Assembly: GCA_002428565.1 (NCBI GenBank)
Contig: DIXA01000055.1
Coordinates: 40,436 to 104,435, forward strand
Direction of reading: 5' to 3'
From: Anaerolineales bacterium UBA6092
GTDB lineage: Bacteria; Chloroflexota; Anaerolineae; Anaerolineales; UBA4823
DNA: 64,000 bases
Shown one piece after another: positions 61,212 to 64,000 of this stretch. The notes under the pieces were generated by a model. That model saw only the letters and a program-made list of their open reading frames with translations. It did not search any database and was not told the origin of the DNA. A program made the position numbers and the translations under genes. How positions within the stretch are numbered: the stretch's first letter is position 1; each line of letters starts with the position of its first letter.

Positions 61212-63388
61212 TTGCCTATGGGCCGCCAGGCCGGGTCGAAATCGTAAGCGTTGTTTTCCACCAGGGGGCGGCGGTCCACACCGTTGGAGCGCATGATGTA
61301 GATTTCGTGGTTGGCGGTGAACCAGCTGCGCAGCACGATCCAATAGCCGTCCGGCGAATAGTACATCTCCGAAACCAGCTCAACTTTCGAAACCTCGATG
61401 GGCACGGCGCCATTCTCGGTATACTGCACCGCCATCAACTGGGTGCGATTGGAGGGGTCGTCCACCTGGCGGCGGGTAAAGATCACGGTAGTGCCGTCCG
61501 GCGACCACTTGGGGCTGTTGTTGGTGTAGTTACCACCGCCCACTGAAAGCGCATGGCGGTTTGTGCCGTCCACAGCCATGGCCCAGATGCGCCCATCGCC
61601 GCCGATGTAGGCCAGCATTTTCCCGTCCGGCGACCAGGCCGGTTGAGAGTTCGCCTTGCCATTGGGGTCCAGCAGCGAGGTGACGGTATTGGTGCGCAGA
61701 TCCAGCAAGAAGATCTGCGGCGTTGGCCCGCTGCGCAGGGAAGTGAAGGCGATGGTATTGCCATCCGGCGACCAGACCGGGTCAAAATCCCCGCCGGGGA
61801 CCACTGGCAGCGGGAACAGGTTCGTGCCATCGGCGTTGATGGTGAACATGCTGGAGCCAGGGTATGTTTCCAGGTTCTTGCTGCACGGCGAGATAAAGAT
61901 CAGGCGCAGCCCATCCGGAGACCATTCGGGCTGGCAGGCGCCATCGGGGAAATCGGTGATCTGGCGCAGCCCGCTGCCATCCACATTGATCAGGTAGATT
62001 TCCGGCACGCTGCTGCGGTCGGAAGCAAAAGCGATCATCCCACCCCCACCGCCGATCGGCGTAGGCAGCGGTGTAATTGTGGCTGTCTCGGTGGGAAGAG
62101 GCGTTTCGGTCTGCGTCGGCGTCTCGCTGGGGGGGAGCGTTTCGGTGATGGTAGGGGTCAGGGTGGGTTCAGGCGTGGGCGTGTCGGTAGCAGCGGGAGG
62201 CGCCATCAGCGTTTCGGTAATAGCTGGCACAGGTGTGCCCGGCGCAACCGACGTATTGACCCAGGCCACCATTTGGCTGGGGAGGTTGGGGTTCACCATA
62301 TAGGCGGCCGCGCCGCCCGCCACCAATAACATCAGCAAAATAAAGACCATCCCCAGCCCCGAGAACTTGCGCTTGCGCGGCCGGGAGGGGTTGACCACCG
62401 GCGTCGGCAGGCCGTCCAGAGGGCGGCTGATCGGCATGGAAATGATGCCTTCATCCCCTTCCTGAGCCATCCCGCTCAGATCGCTGCCCAGGGCGATCGC
62501 GTCCAGGTCGGTGATCTCCTGGCCCAAAGCCAGCGGCGGCGGCGGCAGCACCAGCTCGATGGGCAGGTTGCGCCGGGTGGTGCTGCGGCAGTTGAGCAGT
62601 TCTTGCTTGAGTTCCTCTGCGCTCTGATAGCGGTTATCGGGGCGCACTTCCAGGCACTTCTCCAACACCTGCGCCAGGCGTTTGGAGATCTTGGCGTTGT
62701 GCTTCAGGAGCGGGGTCAGGTCGGCCTGCTCCATGGCCCGCGCCAACCCGTCTTCGGGCAGGGCGTTGGTCAGGGCAGAATAGAGCGTGGCGCCCAGCGA
62801 ATAGACATCCGAGCGGTGGTCGGTGCGGGCGGTGCCGTACTGCTCTGGCGGGGAGTAACCCGGGGTCATGGCGCGCGCCCCGGTGCTGGTGGCCTCGCGG
62901 CCCACCATCACTTTGGCCAGGCCAAAATCCACCAGATAGATATGCCCGTGCGGGGTGATACGCACATTGCCGGGCTTAATGTCGCGGTGCAGCACAGCGG
63001 GCTTGCGCGTGTGCATGTAAGCCATGGCGTCGCACAGCGCCACGCCAATGACGATACATTCCTGCTCAGGCAGCGCGCCGATGCGGTCCATGCGCTGGCG
63101 CAGGTCCTCCCCCTCGATATAATCCATCACCAGGTATTGGCCCTGCTGCTCGATCACAAAGTGATCGGTCACGCGCGGCAGGTTGGGGTGGCGCAGGTTT
63201 GCCAGGATGGTGGCTTCCAGGCGGAACTGGCGTGCATACTCTTCTGTGGTGAAGAGGTTCTCTTTAACGGCAACTTCCACTCCCAAGTTCTCGTCAATGG
63301 CGCGATAAACTGCCGCCATGCCGCCTTGCCCCAAGATCTCGGCAATGCGATAGCGTTTATTCAGGAGCGAGCCGCGTTCCATAGTCAT
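61202..63388 (-). CDS. Ser/Thr protein kinase - TM - Pro/Thr-rich linker - TolB-like (PD40/WD40-like) beta-propeller
   Basis: 728 aa. GQGGMAAVY, VAVK, HRDIKPGNV, DFGLA. TM segment GMVFILLMLLVAGGAAAYMV. PT-rich linker. Repeated ...P.WSPDG... propeller blades. Confidence 0.85.
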   Translation of the reverse strand: MTMERGSLLNKRYRIAEILGQGGMAAVYRAIDENLGVEVAVKENLFTTEEYARQFRLEATILANLRHPNLPRVTDHFVIEQQGQYLVMDYIEGEDLRQRMDRIGALPEQECIVIGVALCDAMAYMHTRKPAVLHRDIKPGNVRITPHGHIYLVDFGLAKVMVGREATSTGARAMTPGYSPPEQYGTARTDHRSDVYSLGATLYSALTNALPEDGLARAMEQADLTPLLKHNAKISKRLAQVLEKCLEVRPDNRYQSAEELKQELLNCRSTTRRNLPIELVLPPPPLALGQEITDLDAIALGSDLSGMAQEGDEGIISMPISRPLDGLPTPVVNPSRPRKRKFSGLGMVFILLMLLVAGGAAAYMVNPNLPSQMVAWVNTSVAPGTPVPAITETLMAPPAATDTPTPEPTLTPTITETLPPSETPTQTETPLPTETATITPLPTPIGGGGGMIAFASDRSSVPEIYLINVDGSGLRQITDFPDGACQPEWSPDGLRLIFISPCSKNLETYPGSSMFTINADGTNLFPLPVVPGGDFDPVWSPDGNTIAFTSLRSGPTPQIFLLDLRTNTVTSLLDPNGKANSQPAWSPDGKMLAYIGGDGRIWAMAVDGTNRHALSVGGGNYTNNSPKWSPDGTTVIFTRRQVDDPSNRTQLMAVQYTENGAVPIEVSKVELVSEMYYSPDGYWIVLRSWFTANHEIYIMRSNGVDRRPLVENNAYDFDPAWRPIGNQP

Positions 63389-63654
63389 GGTTGGTATATA
63401 TTATACGTGAAGCGTGAACGTTTTCCCATACAATTTCGGCTCACTTTTAACATTGGTTGGCATTTTCTGCGCAACAGTGAACCGTTTCTTTGTATCGTCA
63501 GCGCTCACGCTTCACTACAAGACCTTCTGTGTCGGTTTCGAACGATTTCAGGTACAGGATGCTAAGAACCGATCCGGAAATTGGGGGCGAGGCGGGTGTT
63601 TGGCAGGGCCATGCCCCGCCAAACACCCACACCCTTGTCATTTTCGGATAGCTA

Positions 63655-64000
63655 TCAAATGTTGATCACCTGTCCGCAATACTCGCACGTGATGCTGGTC
63701 TGGCCGCGCAAGATGGGGGCTGTCAGGCCGGCGCCGCAGTTGGTGCACTGGCGCGGGGCATTCTTGATGCGCTCCAGTTCAGACTGGTCGATCTCCTCAG
63801 CCCGGTCTTTATCATAGCCGCCAGAGCGCGCCCGGCCAACCATCTTGAGCCAGGCATCCGCCACGGGCAGGGCCAGCTCCACCTTTGCCGAGGGGTAAGG
63901 CGCACCCGAAGCCAGGCGGAAATCTAGGAACTCCACGCCCGTGGCCTCGTCCACTTCCTTCTGCACACCTTCCACCTGAGCCAGGGGCACGTTCAGCTTC
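63655..64000 (-). CDS. Hypothetical protein with a C-terminal zinc ribbon (partial; probably continues beyond the right edge)
   Basis: CTNCGAGL...CEYCGQVI at the C-terminus. The track start at 63990 is a GTG, and the frame stays open to position 64000. Confidence 0.5.
   Translation of the reverse strand, partial: KLNVPLAQVEGVQKEVDEATGVEFLDFRLASGAPYPSAKVELALPVADAWLKMVGRARSGGYDKDRAEEIDQSELERIKNAPRQCTNCGAGLTAPILRGQTSITCEYCGQVINI

Noticed and set aside
1-64000. tRNA, rRNA, CRISPR, prophage or integron signatures
   Set aside because: The intergenic gaps, all under about 270 nt, were read individually. None shows a cloverleaf-compatible sequence, rRNA-like conservation, repeat-spacer structure or an integrase/att arrangement. 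The only mobile element seen is the ISAs1 copy.

Overview
Visibly GC-rich bacterial chromosomal segment. The protein styles (giant DUF11/PKD/Kelch surface proteins, a SARP-NB-ARC-TPR regulator, a PT-linker Ser/Thr kinase) suggest a Chloroflexota/Anaerolineae-like organism, but that is inference only. I support about 52 protein-coding genes, one intact IS element and one decayed gene. I saw no rRNA, tRNA or CRISPR array. Left end (1-8.6 kb): a xanthine-dehydrogenase-family operon (FAD subunit plus fused FeS/Mo subunit), an ISAs1-family IS with perfect 16-bp inverted repeats and a 10-bp target duplication, and a SARP-type STAND regulator divergent from a small ORF plus a secreted beta-helix protein. 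8.8-25.3 kb: mixed housekeeping and unknown genes (DUF1361, homocysteine methyltransferase, M20 dipeptidase, DUF1385, YjbQ, alpha/beta hydrolase, a Nudix-ThiS-like fusion, two SDRs, FBPase, an AAKPx-repeat/SH3 protein, a 1478-aa Kelch/PKD secreted protein). 25.4-48.1 kb: 19 co-directional, often translationally coupled minus-strand genes. These are folP with two unknowns, two fold-type-II PLP enzymes, two GtrB-like GT2 enzymes plus a GT-C membrane protein, a BMP-type ABC transporter, carbamate kinase, a YgeW-like and a PyrB-like carbamoyltransferase, a YgeY peptidase, GntR, adenine deaminase and an 8-oxoguanine-deaminase-like amidohydrolase. I read this as a purine/ureide catabolic, carbamoyl-phosphate/ATP-yielding block. 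Right end: folD, a DltX-like peptide + MBOAT + SGNH envelope-acylation module behind an RpfB/YabE-like gene, an 1823-aa surface protein, a DltC-like carrier protein followed by the gutted remnant of an adenylating enzyme, a Ser/Thr kinase with a TolB-like propeller, and a partial zinc-ribbon gene. Intergenic regions carry a recurring two-hairpin module (a CCCCGCCCC...GGGGCGGGG hairpin followed by a long hairpin of locus-specific sequence). All family assignments come from motif recognition by eye. No database search was run.
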